NCBI GenBank assembly: GCA_963827685.1 | Contig: CAWHBU010000004.1 | Location: 672,943-704,942, forward strand | Direction: 5' to 3' | From: an uncultured delta proteobacterium | GTDB taxonomy: Bacteria; Desulfobacterota; BSN033; UBA1163 | DNA length: 32,000 nt | Part shown: positions 16,463-25,304 of the stretch, in pieces | How the letters are laid out: every line of letters begins with the position of its first letter | Position numbering within the stretch: position 1 is the first letter of the stretch | Program-made: the position numbers and the translations under genes | Notes under the pieces: generated by a model | The model's input: the letters and a program-made list of their open reading frames with translations, nothing else | What the model was told of the DNA's origin: nothing | Database searches by the model: none

Positions 16463-17680
16463 TTATGTAAACAGCCCAATGCTTTCTTTCACAATCGTCT
16501 GGGCGAAAAGAGGTTCCTCCATGTTAGCCTCGATTTCTATGAGTTCAATACCAGATTTCAGTTCCTTTTGCAGTTCTGAAACAAATATTTTATCCTCTTG
16601 GGGGTCATAGGTCGGGCTATTTGGTAAATCCACTGATGACCATCCTTTAAGAGGGATGATGACTTTCACCGGTGCCTTTGATTTATTCAGTTTTTCTGCA
16701 AACGCATGCGCTGCTTTTACAAGTTCGTCAGGGGAAGCTCTGAGCCATGTACGAAATTTGTCGAGGTCATATTTTCTTCGACTTTTATGATCATTGGTAT
16801 ATTTAGATTTGGGAGGGGTAATATGATTCACCCCGCACGTGGAGATTATCTGAGGAATCCCTACCTTCCCTGCCGTCTCCATCCGATTGGGTCCTGCATC
16901 CCTCATACCACCAACAAGATGCTCTATGACACCTCCAGGAGCTAAATCAATTACCCCGTTGAAGAGCCCCTGCTCTATCATTTTTTCCATAGCCCTATCC
17001 CCTATCCCTGCTGCAGAAAATCCTATAACCTGGTATCCTTTCCCTTCTAAGGACGTCCTCACGTTACTAGCACACTTTTCGCAAGGACCTAACATAGTAA
17101 GAGCAATAACATTCCTCTTCTTGTAAGCGTAAACTGTTTGAAGAGTGGGCGCATCCACCATACCACAGATGGCATAAGCTCCTCTATCTATTACATTTTT
17201 AAGGATATCGCTTAGTCCTGAGATTTCTATAACAGAATGGATGAGGGCGATATCGCCTATTTCAATATACCGGGTTGACATACCAGGGAGGGCAGCGGTT
17301 GAGGAAATCATAACTTTTGGAACTCCAAATGGAAGAATCCTCATCACATCTGTAGCCATTAAAGAACCAGTAGACCCACCCATACCTATGATCCCATCAA
17401 GTTTTCCTTCTCTCCACATGTTAAGGGCAAGAGTCGCCGCACCTTTTGTCATGATCGCAGTGTTTTTTGCCCTTTCGTGGGATATAAGAATTTCCTCAAG
17501 TTTACTCCCTCCTGCCTCTGCCACCTTGTGAGCTGAAATATCAGCATTCATGCCCTCAGCCAATCTCATAGAGATGTCAAGAATCAAAGGATTTTTACCG
17601 AGTTGCCCTATTTTATCCCTTAGATAGAATGTTTCTGTTCCTTTGGTATCAAGGGTAGAGATGATCAAGATTGTTTTCAT
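16463..17680 (-). CDS. UPF0261 / Tm-1-like ATP-binding domain protein, full length (405 aa).
   Basis: N-terminal KTILIISTLDTKGTETFYLRDKI, then GMGGSTGS, ETAGKVGIPQIIS and IPLKGWSS. It starts 7 nt after the ligase stop. Confidence 0.75.
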   Translation of the reverse strand: MKTILIISTLDTKGTETFYLRDKIGQLGKNPLILDISMRLAEGMNADISAHKVAEAGGSKLEEILISHERAKNTAIMTKGAATLALNMWREGKLDGIIGMGGSTGSLMATDVMRILPFGVPKVMISSTAALPGMSTRYIEIGDIALIHSVIEISGLSDILKNVIDRGAYAICGMVDAPTLQTVYAYKKRNVIALTMLGPCEKCASNVRTSLEGKGYQVIGFSAAGIGDRAMEKMIEQGLFNGVIDLAPGGVIEHLVGGMRDAGPNRMETAGKVGIPQIISTCGVNHITPPKSKYTNDHKSRRKYDLDKFRTWLRASPDELVKAAHAFAEKLNKSKAPVKVIIPLKGWSSVDLPNSPTYDPQEDKIFVSELQKELKSGIELIEIEANMEEPLFAQTIVKESIGLFT

Positions 17681-17687
17681 TGCTATG

Positions 17688-19334
17688 TTATCCCCCAGCT
17701 ACTTTCTTTTCTAACCCTGCTTTCAGGACTTTTTTATCCACTTTGCCTGAGTCTCCCACGATAGGAAGGGATTCTAAGATTTCGAATCGCTCAGGTAGCT
17801 TATAAGCAGCCAGTTTCCTCTCCTTTAAGAAAGAGATCATCTCATCCTTCGTAAAAGTTTCCCGGGGCTTGACAACTACGAAAGCACAGGCCCGTTCCCC
17901 CATCTCCTTATCAGGATATCCGATGATGGCCACGTTTGCCACTTTTGGATGTTCGTTAAGAATCCCCTCTATCTCTGCAGGGTAAATATTTTGTCCACCC
18001 CTGATGATCATATCTTTTGCCCTACCCATGATCCAGAGAAACCCTTCTTCTGACTTCACAATGTCTCCTGTAGTTGTCCAGCCATCTTTATCAAATACCT
18101 GGGCTGTTGCCTCAGGGTCACGGTAATATCCTGCTGGTCCATGGGGACCTCTGAACCACAACGTCCCAGCCTCTCCCTCAGGCACCTCCTTTCCATCATC
18201 ATCTAATAGCCTCACTTTATTGCCTGGTAACATTCTCCCTACGGTTCTCCTCCTTATCTCTCCAGGGTCATCTACGCTGCAACCAGAAACAGACCCTACA
18301 TCCTGCGTCCCGAGGTCGCTTGTGATGATCGCCTTATATCTCTTTTCTGCCTCCTCCGCAACTTGAGGGGATAGATACCCGCCCGCTGAACGTATAAACC
18401 GTAAAGAACTCAAATCATACTTTTTCTCATCTACTTCAAGCATCCTTATCAGGTGGGTTGGCACAACCCCAATAGCAGTGACTTTCTCCTTCTCAATAAG
18501 GGCAAGTGCACCTTCAGGGTCAAACTCCTCCATCAGCACAGTTTTTGCTCCTACCAGAGGTGCTGCAAAGTAGGTAAGGGTTCCTGCTGCTCCACCTGCA
18601 TGGGGAGCAATAGCGAGTGTTACGTCGTCCTTCGTCAATTTCCAAATATCCACTCTTGCCTTAGAGGTGCAAATTCTCGGTGCGATGGGCCATTCCACCA
18701 GTTTGGGAAGACCAGTCGTCCCTGTGGTGCTGGTAAGCAATCCTACATCCGAATAGGCATTGAATCTTTTCTTATTGAGGATGGAAAGTTTTGATTTGTT
18801 CACAGGTTGATTCGCAAGCTTAATGATGGAGAATGTCCCTTCCGGGGCAGAAGCAGGAATCTCCTCCTCAAAAAGGAAAAAATATTTAAGATAAGGTGAT
18901 GTCTTTCTTAGCTCTTTATACATGTCAAGGTAATTGAATTTACGATAGATATGAGGAATGGCAACTGCAACGGCCTCTGTCCTTTCAACCATAAAGGTGA
19001 GTTCTTTTTCCCTTAAATAGGGATACACTGTTAGAGAGATCAAACCTGCTCGTTCACAGGCAATACGGGCAATGAAGCCATAGACACTGTTGGGAGCCTG
19101 GATAATCATCCGCGAATCTTTTGGAATCCCCATCTTTACCCAGACATAGGCAAGATTGTCTACCAATCGTTTTACTTGAGCCCACGTAACTCTATAGCGG
19201 GAATCAACTAGAGCCTCTCGATCACCAATCTCACGAGCATTTTTTGCCCAGAAATCATAAAAGACTTCGTCAGCCCAGTAGCCATCTCTCTTAAACTCCT
19301 TTATCATTTCGTCACCATACCTTATAGGTCTCAT
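17688..19334 (-). CDS. AMP-forming aryl/alicyclic-acid CoA ligase (adenylate-forming superfamily; EntE/DhbE/AliA-like N-terminus).
   Basis: LTSTTGTTGLPK (AMP-binding core), GYYRDPEAT, TGD...G...I.GR.KD.I..GG.NI. ATG 19334 lies 6 nt after GAGGTG, so the track's GTG 19343 is probably too long. Confidence 0.9.
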   Translation of the reverse strand: MRPIRYGDEMIKEFKRDGYWADEVFYDFWAKNAREIGDREALVDSRYRVTWAQVKRLVDNLAYVWVKMGIPKDSRMIIQAPNSVYGFIARIACERAGLISLTVYPYLREKELTFMVERTEAVAVAIPHIYRKFNYLDMYKELRKTSPYLKYFFLFEEEIPASAPEGTFSIIKLANQPVNKSKLSILNKKRFNAYSDVGLLTSTTGTTGLPKLVEWPIAPRICTSKARVDIWKLTKDDVTLAIAPHAGGAAGTLTYFAAPLVGAKTVLMEEFDPEGALALIEKEKVTAIGVVPTHLIRMLEVDEKKYDLSSLRFIRSAGGYLSPQVAEEAEKRYKAIITSDLGTQDVGSVSGCSVDDPGEIRRRTVGRMLPGNKVRLLDDDGKEVPEGEAGTLWFRGPHGPAGYYRDPEATAQVFDKDGWTTTGDIVKSEEGFLWIMGRAKDMIIRGGQNIYPAEIEGILNEHPKVANVAIIGYPDKEMGERACAFVVVKPRETFTKDEMISFLKERKLAAYKLPERFEILESLPIVGDSGKVDKKVLKAGLEKKVAGG

Positions 19335-19395
19335 TTCATTCACCTCTTGTCATGAAATTCCAATATCAACCGCAGTATCGGAGAAGGGCAGTTTT

Positions 19396-20817
19396 TTAAC
19401 CTTCAAATCCATACTCTTTCCAGCGAGCCTTAACCTTTTTCACGATCTCTTCATCCAGTTTTATTTCAACCGGTTTTCGTTCCCATTCAAATGGAATACA
19501 GGCATCCATGATGATTCGCGAAACAATTTCTCTGGCATCAACGGGAAGGGCAGGATCAAGCGGGGTGGAACGCCCTCTCTTAATGATCTCTGTGCTCCGG
19601 TAAGGATCATAACGCATGGACAAGGCCCATAAGACCCTATCAATGTCATCGGCTCTGATATCGTCATCCACTACAATGACCCCTTTCATGCCGTAGTGGC
19701 CTGTCGTGGTGGAGATGACTGCTGTGCCCACTTGCATGGAGTGGCCAGGGTACATCTGTTTGACAGATACGATTCCCCAGAATCTGCCGCCCGTTTCAGG
19801 GGGGATATATACAGACTGGATGCCCGGGACCTTCATATTCTCCAGGTCTGTCCAGAGGGTTGCTGTGCGGTTCAGAGATTGAATCATATGGGTATCGGTC
19901 ACTGGTTTCCCTACAGAGGTGGACCAAAAGACTGGATTGTTCCGGTGGAGAATCCGCTTCACGTTCAGACAGGGCTTGGGCCACTCCTCCCCGGTCTTTC
20001 CAGAATAGTAACCAGTATATTCCCCAAAGGGTCCTTCTTGCCTGAATTTTTCAGGATCGGTCTCAATCTCACCCTCCAAGATAATTTCAGCCGTACTGGG
20101 AAGGGGAAGGCCGGTCAGGTCGCTTTTGATAACTTCACAGGGGGTTCCTCTTAAGGATCCCACAATATCATATTCGCAGAGACCGGCAGAGACCAGAGTG
20201 CTCCCAGCAAGGAAGAGAAGGGGATCACCCCCAATCACCGCTGCTGCAGGCATTGTTTTTTTCATCTTCTGATATTTCTTCAACATGAAGTCAGCATGTT
20301 TCCCTTTGATGATCTGGACTCCTGCGGTCTTTTCATCCAAGACCTGCATTCGATAGGTTCCCAGATTGACCCAATCACTCTCAGGATCTTTAGTGATGAC
20401 AAAGTGGGCTGTTCCAATAAAGCGGCCACCATCCATCGGATAGAATTTGGGTACAGGGAAGTTGAGGAGGTTGATATCACGCCCTTGGATGATCTTCTCT
20501 GTAATTGGCCCGGTTTTGACCTCCACACGCGGGATTAATTTTTTGGTCGTCAGTTCCATCCATCTCTTTGCCATGTCGTACATTGAAAAATGGAGTGGCA
20601 TTCCGAGAGCAATGGCCAGACGCTTTGGTGAGGTTAAGGCGCTTGTCAGTAAAGGAATCTGGTAGTCTTTCACTTTTTCGAAGAGAAGAGCTGGGCCCTT
20701 CTTCTCCTCGTTCAACTTCGCGATGTGGGAGAGTTCGAGATTCCAGTCGACTTCAGCCTTTATCCTCTTTAGTTCTCCTTCCTCTTCACACTTTTTTATA
20801 AAATCTCGAAGATCCAT
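19396..20817 (-). CDS. UbiD-family prFMN-dependent (de)carboxylase, 473 aa. Its size class matches phenylphosphate carboxylase alpha/beta and 4-hydroxybenzoate decarboxylases.
   Basis: Signature EGPFGEYTGYYSG with family-typical N-terminal DLR.FI..C...GEL..I...VD. The SD GAAGGAGG lies before ATG 20817. Confidence 0.9.
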   Translation of the reverse strand: MDLRDFIKKCEEEGELKRIKAEVDWNLELSHIAKLNEEKKGPALLFEKVKDYQIPLLTSALTSPKRLAIALGMPLHFSMYDMAKRWMELTTKKLIPRVEVKTGPITEKIIQGRDINLLNFPVPKFYPMDGGRFIGTAHFVITKDPESDWVNLGTYRMQVLDEKTAGVQIIKGKHADFMLKKYQKMKKTMPAAAVIGGDPLLFLAGSTLVSAGLCEYDIVGSLRGTPCEVIKSDLTGLPLPSTAEIILEGEIETDPEKFRQEGPFGEYTGYYSGKTGEEWPKPCLNVKRILHRNNPVFWSTSVGKPVTDTHMIQSLNRTATLWTDLENMKVPGIQSVYIPPETGGRFWGIVSVKQMYPGHSMQVGTAVISTTTGHYGMKGVIVVDDDIRADDIDRVLWALSMRYDPYRSTEIIKRGRSTPLDPALPVDAREIVSRIIMDACIPFEWERKPVEIKLDEEIVKKVKARWKEYGFEG

Positions 20818-20849
20818 AAAAACCTCCTTCTTTCCGATATTTAGGCATC

Positions 20850-20904
20850 TTAAATTATTATTTTAATTAATCCTCTTGTCAATTCACTTATCTTTATGTA
20901 TAAA
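20850..20904. promoter_or_regulatory. Divergent promoter/operator region. Overlapping face-to-face -35 boxes (cTTGTCAAt) with TATAAA (plus) and AATAAT (minus) -10 boxes, plus a TTAAA-N7-TTTAA dyad.
   Basis: Plus strand: ttgtca 20876-81, 17 nt, tataaa 20899-904. Minus strand: ttgaca is tgtcaa 20877-82, 17 nt, then aataat. The dyad ttaaattattattttaa is at about 20850-20866. Confidence 0.4.
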
Positions 20905-20924
20905 TAACTTGAGGTTATAGGAAA

Positions 20925-21845
20925 ATGGAGAATAGAAGCCCTTTAAATACTTCGTTGAATTCTCTTCTTGTCTTCCATCAGGTAGCGAAATTTAGAAGCT
21001 TCTCCAGGGCCGCAGAGGAGTTATTTATCTCCCAACCTGCCGTGTCCAAACATATCAAAGAGCTGGAACAGAAGATAGGTATGGGTCTTATCCGAAGGGG
21101 AAGTGGGGGATTTGACCTGACTGAAGCAGGGGGGATCCTCTTCAAACATACCCATAATATTTCTTCCCATCTCCTGGAGATTGAAAATGCCCTGGGCAAT
21201 CTAAAAAAAGACCGTCACGGTGTTTTGAAGATTGGGACCACGGAGTCCTATTCGAAATGTTTGATGCCGGAACTCCTTTCTGGATTTCAGACCTTTTATC
21301 CTTCCATTAAAATCACCCTGGAAGTGGGAAACTCTGAGGAGATTGAAAAGAGCCTCCTCGATTACAAAAACGACCTCGGCTTAATCGGAGCGGTCAAGGC
21401 ATCCTCAAAATTTGAATTGGTTCCCTTCTTAAGGGAGGAACTCGTCCTCATTGTTTCGCCCAACGATCCCCTTGTCAAAAGAAAAGCAGTTTCTCTGAAG
21501 GAGATTAAAGGATATCCCTTCATCGTTCGTGCAAAGGGTTCGACAACCCGTAGAATCTTATTCCACGCCTTTAAAGAGTTCGATATTCACCCCTCTCTAT
21601 TGATTGAAGCAGGCAGCTCCGAATTTATCAAACAATGGGTTTCAGAGGGGAAGGGGGTGTCTGTTATTGTTAAAAGGTCAGGGGAAGATGAGGAGAAGAG
21701 AGGGACGATTAAGATGATCCCGTTGCTGGAGAAGCTCTACCTTGAAGTAGCCGTCCTCTATTTGAAAGAGGAACGGGCTAACCCCGTCATCAAAGCCTTC
21801 ATTCAATATATGGAAAACAAGAGGAGAGATTTTTCCCAAGTTTAA
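20925..21845 (+). CDS. LysR-family transcriptional regulator, 306 aa.
   Basis: HTH LNSLLVFHQVAKFRSFSRAAEELFISQPAVSKHIKELEQKI. Divergent from the UbiD gene. Confidence 0.9.
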   Translation: MENRSPLNTSLNSLLVFHQVAKFRSFSRAAEELFISQPAVSKHIKELEQKIGMGLIRRGSGGFDLTEAGGILFKHTHNISSHLLEIENALGNLKKDRHGVLKIGTTESYSKCLMPELLSGFQTFYPSIKITLEVGNSEEIEKSLLDYKNDLGLIGAVKASSKFELVPFLREELVLIVSPNDPLVKRKAVSLKEIKGYPFIVRAKGSTTRRILFHAFKEFDIHPSLLIEAGSSEFIKQWVSEGKGVSVIVKRSGEDEEKRGTIKMIPLLEKLYLEVAVLYLKEERANPVIKAFIQYMENKRRDFSQV

Positions 21846-21910
21846 AATAATTGCCCCCAACTTATCTAAAAGAGATAACTTAAATTTATAGCCATATAAT
21901 AAAAAATCCA

Positions 21911-21938
21911 TTGACAAAACCCTATTGAGATAGATAAT
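21911..21938 (+). promoter_or_regulatory. Candidate sigma70 promoter (TTGACA-16-GATAAT) upstream of the second PpsA-like gene, flanked by two AGCCATAT motifs.
   Basis: ttgaca is at 21911-16 and gataat at 21933-38. agccatat occurs just upstream and just downstream. Confidence 0.35.
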
Positions 21939-22182
21939 GAGCCATATGGGTTTTTAAGTACACCAATTACTGAAATTACTCCATCCATTCAAAATAACTC
22001 AAGATATTCGTTCTGTTAAAGGGAGGTCATCGCTACTTTTTTTCAGACACAAACCCGAAAGAGGAAGTAATAACACGATGGTAATGAGAAGGAGGTGATG
22101 AGGGAATTATTTGTTTTTAAAGGTATTTTTTTATTTAGACGTCGTCTTTCAATTATTAAATAGAAAGGAAGGAGGTGCAACA

Positions 22183-24030
22183 ATGGCTCAGAAGAAAGGT
22201 TTTCCAATGCCGATGGAAGTGAAGTATCCAAAAGAATTGGAAGGTTGGGAGGAGATGTATCCATCACACTATCTCTTCTCCAAGGAAAGGGCGGAATGGG
22301 AAAACAGACAATTCTGGTATCAGGACAAGATACATGACCCGGAACCTATGCCTCCTCTTGACCTGATATTCCATGAGGCGTGGCAGATATCTCTCTCCCA
22401 GTACACTACCCGGGTATTTTGTATACCCCCGGCGCAAGGTATCGCCCAGAGAATGGTCGGTTGTTACATGTTTATCGCTCCCGTGGAGCCACCGCCGCCG
22501 GAGGTCATTGAAGAGAAAGCTAAGCTGTTTGGAAAGCGGGCCTTCTACATATTCGAGCACTATGATGAGCTGTGGGAGAAATGGCTTAATAAGTTTCAGG
22601 CACTGGGCAGAGAAATGGCGGATGTGAAAGTGCCTGAAGAATTACCCAAATACGTTCCTGAAGAGCTGGTTTTGCCCGCTCCAAAAGGCTATTACGCCTC
22701 GTATGAGCTAATGGAGGCTTTCAACACGCTGGTAGATCAAATGTTTAAGGGCTGGCAGTATCACTTCGAGATGCTAAACCTGACCTACCTGGCCTACCTG
22801 ATGTTTGCTGACGTAGCCAGGAAGCTTTTTCCGGGGATAAGCGAGAGTTCTATCGGCAAGATGGTGTCTGGTGCTGAAGTATCCATGTTCCGCCCTGAGG
22901 AGGAGCTCTGCCGGCTGTCAAGGCTAGCGGCTTCCTATCGCAGTGTAGGTGACATCATTAAAAGTGATGCATCCGCTGAGCAAAAGATAGCGGGACTCAG
23001 AAAGACAGAGGATGGGAAAAAGTGGCTTGCTGAGATGGAAAAGATCAAAAACCCGTGGTTTTACATATCATGCGGAAGCGGATGGTTCTTTTACGAGGGG
23101 AGCTGGCTTACCAAAATGGACATCCCTTTTAACTATATGAAGAGCTACGTCGAGAGGCTGGGCAAGGGAGAGAAGATAGAGAGGTCACTGGAAGGGATAA
23201 GTCAGAAAAGGGATGAGATTGTTGCCGAGTACAGAAAATTGATTAAGTCCGACGAAGATAAGAAATCGTTCGAGGATGCTTATAAGACGGTCAGGGGAAT
23301 ATACCGGTTTGCTGAAGACCACCTTTTCTGGGTGGAGCACTGGTTGCATACCATATGGTGGCAGAAGATAAGGGACATCGGAAAAGTCTTCGTTAAGCAG
23401 GGAATGTTGAAGGAAGTAGATGATATATTTATGTTTAATAGATTTGAAGTGCCCGAGCTGATAGAGGAGCTGGTCATCGCATGGGCCCTGGGTGAAGGTG
23501 TCCCTCTGAGAGGCAAGTACTATATGGACAAGGCAGAGAAGCGGAAGAGGATACTTGAGGCAGCCAGGAAGTGGAACCCGACACCGGCTCTGGGCGTCCC
23601 GCCTGAAGAGGTTGCCGAACCCTTTACGGTGATGTTATGGGGAATTACAACGGAGAAAGTTCAAGAATGGCTAAAAGGGATGGCCGTTGTTCCAACAGAG
23701 GTGACCGAACTGAAAGGATTTGCTTCATCTGCAGGGGTCGTCGAAGGAAAGGTGAGGGTTGTTAAACATCTTGACGATCTCACCAAGATCGAACAGGGTG
23801 AAATACTGGTTTGCCCGACGACCAATCCGGCCTGGGCTCCTATCTTCACCAAAATCAAAGCCTCCGTCACGGACATCGGCGGTCTGACCTGCCATGCCGC
23901 TATTGTATGCAGGGAATATGGAGTCCCATCGGTGACCGGTACAGGAATCGCTACTTCCGTCCTGAAGACGGGGGATACCGTAAAGGTTGACGGTAACACT
24001 GGGATAGTAAAAATATTGAAGCGGGCATAG
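22183..24030 (+). CDS. PEP-utilising-enzyme mobile (phospho-His) domain protein, PpsA-like paralogue 2, 615 aa.
   Basis: ATG 22183 follows AAGGAAGGAGG. N-terminus FPMPMEVKYPKELEGWEEMYPSHYLFS...FWYQDKIHDPEPMPPLD. C-terminus GFASSAGVVEGKVRVV...ILVCPTTNPAWAPIF...VTDIGGLTCHAAIVCREYGVP. Confidence 0.85.
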   Translation: MAQKKGFPMPMEVKYPKELEGWEEMYPSHYLFSKERAEWENRQFWYQDKIHDPEPMPPLDLIFHEAWQISLSQYTTRVFCIPPAQGIAQRMVGCYMFIAPVEPPPPEVIEEKAKLFGKRAFYIFEHYDELWEKWLNKFQALGREMADVKVPEELPKYVPEELVLPAPKGYYASYELMEAFNTLVDQMFKGWQYHFEMLNLTYLAYLMFADVARKLFPGISESSIGKMVSGAEVSMFRPEEELCRLSRLAASYRSVGDIIKSDASAEQKIAGLRKTEDGKKWLAEMEKIKNPWFYISCGSGWFFYEGSWLTKMDIPFNYMKSYVERLGKGEKIERSLEGISQKRDEIVAEYRKLIKSDEDKKSFEDAYKTVRGIYRFAEDHLFWVEHWLHTIWWQKIRDIGKVFVKQGMLKEVDDIFMFNRFEVPELIEELVIAWALGEGVPLRGKYYMDKAEKRKRILEAARKWNPTPALGVPPEEVAEPFTVMLWGITTEKVQEWLKGMAVVPTEVTELKGFASSAGVVEGKVRVVKHLDDLTKIEQGEILVCPTTNPAWAPIFTKIKASVTDIGGLTCHAAIVCREYGVPSVTGTGIATSVLKTGDTVKVDGNTGIVKILKRA

Positions 24031-24043
24031 AAATCTGAAAATC

Positions 24044-24095
24044 GGAATGTGGAATGCGGAGTTTTTAAAAATTGAAATTCCGTATTCCGCATTCT
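24044..24095 (+). other. Intercistronic hairpin (~17-bp stem with G-U pairs) built from GGAATRYGGA units.
   Basis: ggaatgtggaatgcgga (24044-60) pairs with tccgtattccgcattc (24079-94). The loop is gtttttaaaaattgaaat. Confidence 0.5.
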
Positions 24096-24111
24096 ATAAG
24101 TGGAGTTCATT

Positions 24112-25179
24112 ATGCCATATACGGTATGGTTTGAAAAAGCTGGGAAAGAGGCTGTCGGATTAGTAGGAGGTAAGAATGCCAGCCTGGGGGAGTTGATCAA
24201 AGCCGGCATCCCAGTGCCCCCAGGCTTTTCTATCACGACAGAGGCTTATCATGATTTTTTGAGTGAAGGTGGCATGAAAGAGAAGATCCAAAAGATCTTA
24301 TCCCAAATTACCCTTGAAGATGTCGCCTCTTTGGAAGAGGCGAGCAAGACCATTTATGAACTGATCAGGATAACACCCCTATCAAAAGAGTTAGGGGAGG
24401 CCATCACTTCTAATTATCAAACCCTGGCTCAAGTGTGCGATGTCATCAATATCCCTGTTGCAGTCCGTTCCAGCGCTACCGCTGAGGATTTACCTGGAGC
24501 AAGTTTTGCTGGACAGCAAGATACCTTTCTTTGGGTGAGAGGTTGTGACGAACTTCTGAAAAAAGCTAAATCATGCATGGCGAGTCTGTTCACGTCTCGA
24601 GCCATTTCTTACCGGATCAAAATGGGGTTTCCTCATGAAAAGGTATTAATCAGCGTTGGTGTCCAGAAGATCGTGGATGCCAAAGCAGCAGGAGTGATGT
24701 TCACCCTAAATCCAACCAATGGAGATCCATCCAAAGTGGTCATTGAAGCGAATTGGGGATTAGGAGAAACGGTAGTTTCAGGGACAGTGAATCCTGATAA
24801 ATTTGTCGTGGATAAGGTCACCTCGGAGATAGAAAGAATGCTTTCCGTGAAAGAATGTGAATGTATCTACGATCCTGTGAGAGGGGGCGTGATGCATGTG
24901 GATACTCCTCCTGACCGGCGGGAAATCCCATGCATTGAAGACCAAGAAATCATTGAACTGGCGAGATATGCAAAAAGAGTAGAAGAATATTACGGGTGTC
25001 CTCAGGACATCGAATGGGCCATTGACCAGCAAAGGCCCTTTCCTTTTAACATTTTCATGGTTCAAAGCCGACCGGAAACCGTGTGGAGCCAGCGGAAAAA
25101 GGAGCCAGTCCTCGGAAAGAAAAGTGCTTACGAACTTCTGATGGAAAAGGCGTTGACCCGAATAAAAGTTAATTATTAA
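24112..25179 (+). CDS. PEP/pyruvate-binding (ATP-grasp) domain protein, PpsB-like paralogue 2, 355 aa.
   Basis: MPYTVWFEKAGKEAVGLVGGKNASLGELIKAGIPVPPGF and VAVRSSATAEDLPGASFAGQQDT. ATG 24112 lies 6-7 nt after GTGGAG. Confidence 0.9.
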   Translation: MPYTVWFEKAGKEAVGLVGGKNASLGELIKAGIPVPPGFSITTEAYHDFLSEGGMKEKIQKILSQITLEDVASLEEASKTIYELIRITPLSKELGEAITSNYQTLAQVCDVINIPVAVRSSATAEDLPGASFAGQQDTFLWVRGCDELLKKAKSCMASLFTSRAISYRIKMGFPHEKVLISVGVQKIVDAKAAGVMFTLNPTNGDPSKVVIEANWGLGETVVSGTVNPDKFVVDKVTSEIERMLSVKECECIYDPVRGGVMHVDTPPDRREIPCIEDQEIIELARYAKRVEEYYGCPQDIEWAIDQQRPFPFNIFMVQSRPETVWSQRKKEPVLGKKSAYELLMEKALTRIKVNY

Positions 25180-25304
25180 ATATATTGGTTAAGGAAGTCT
25201 AAATCGCTGTAGTTTATTTAGATAAAGGATCATTAGAAATCAATTAACCATTTTTGAAATGTTGGGGAGATAAAGTCTTTTCGACATGGAAGGAGGTAAC
25301 TTTT

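Noticed and set aside
22098-22163. A 21-codon Phe-rich mini-ORF (MRELFVFKGIFLFRRRLSIIK) upstream of the second PpsA-like gene, considered as a leader peptide.
   Set aside because: The GGAGGTG sits only 2 nt from its ATG, which is a poor spacing. The region is generally AT-rich, so short ORFs are expected by chance.
24044-24095. GGAATRYGGA repeats, considered as a possible CRISPR or tandem-repeat array.
   Set aside because: There are only two direct units, with two inverted units forming a single hairpin. There are no spacers and no cas genes. No CRISPR array, rRNA or tRNA gene was found anywhere in the window.
23661-24236. A 191-aa minus-strand ORF spanning the ppsA2/ppsB2 junction.
   Set aside because: It is antisense to two well-supported genes and crosses the intercistronic hairpin. 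It has no SD and its composition mirrors the sense codons.
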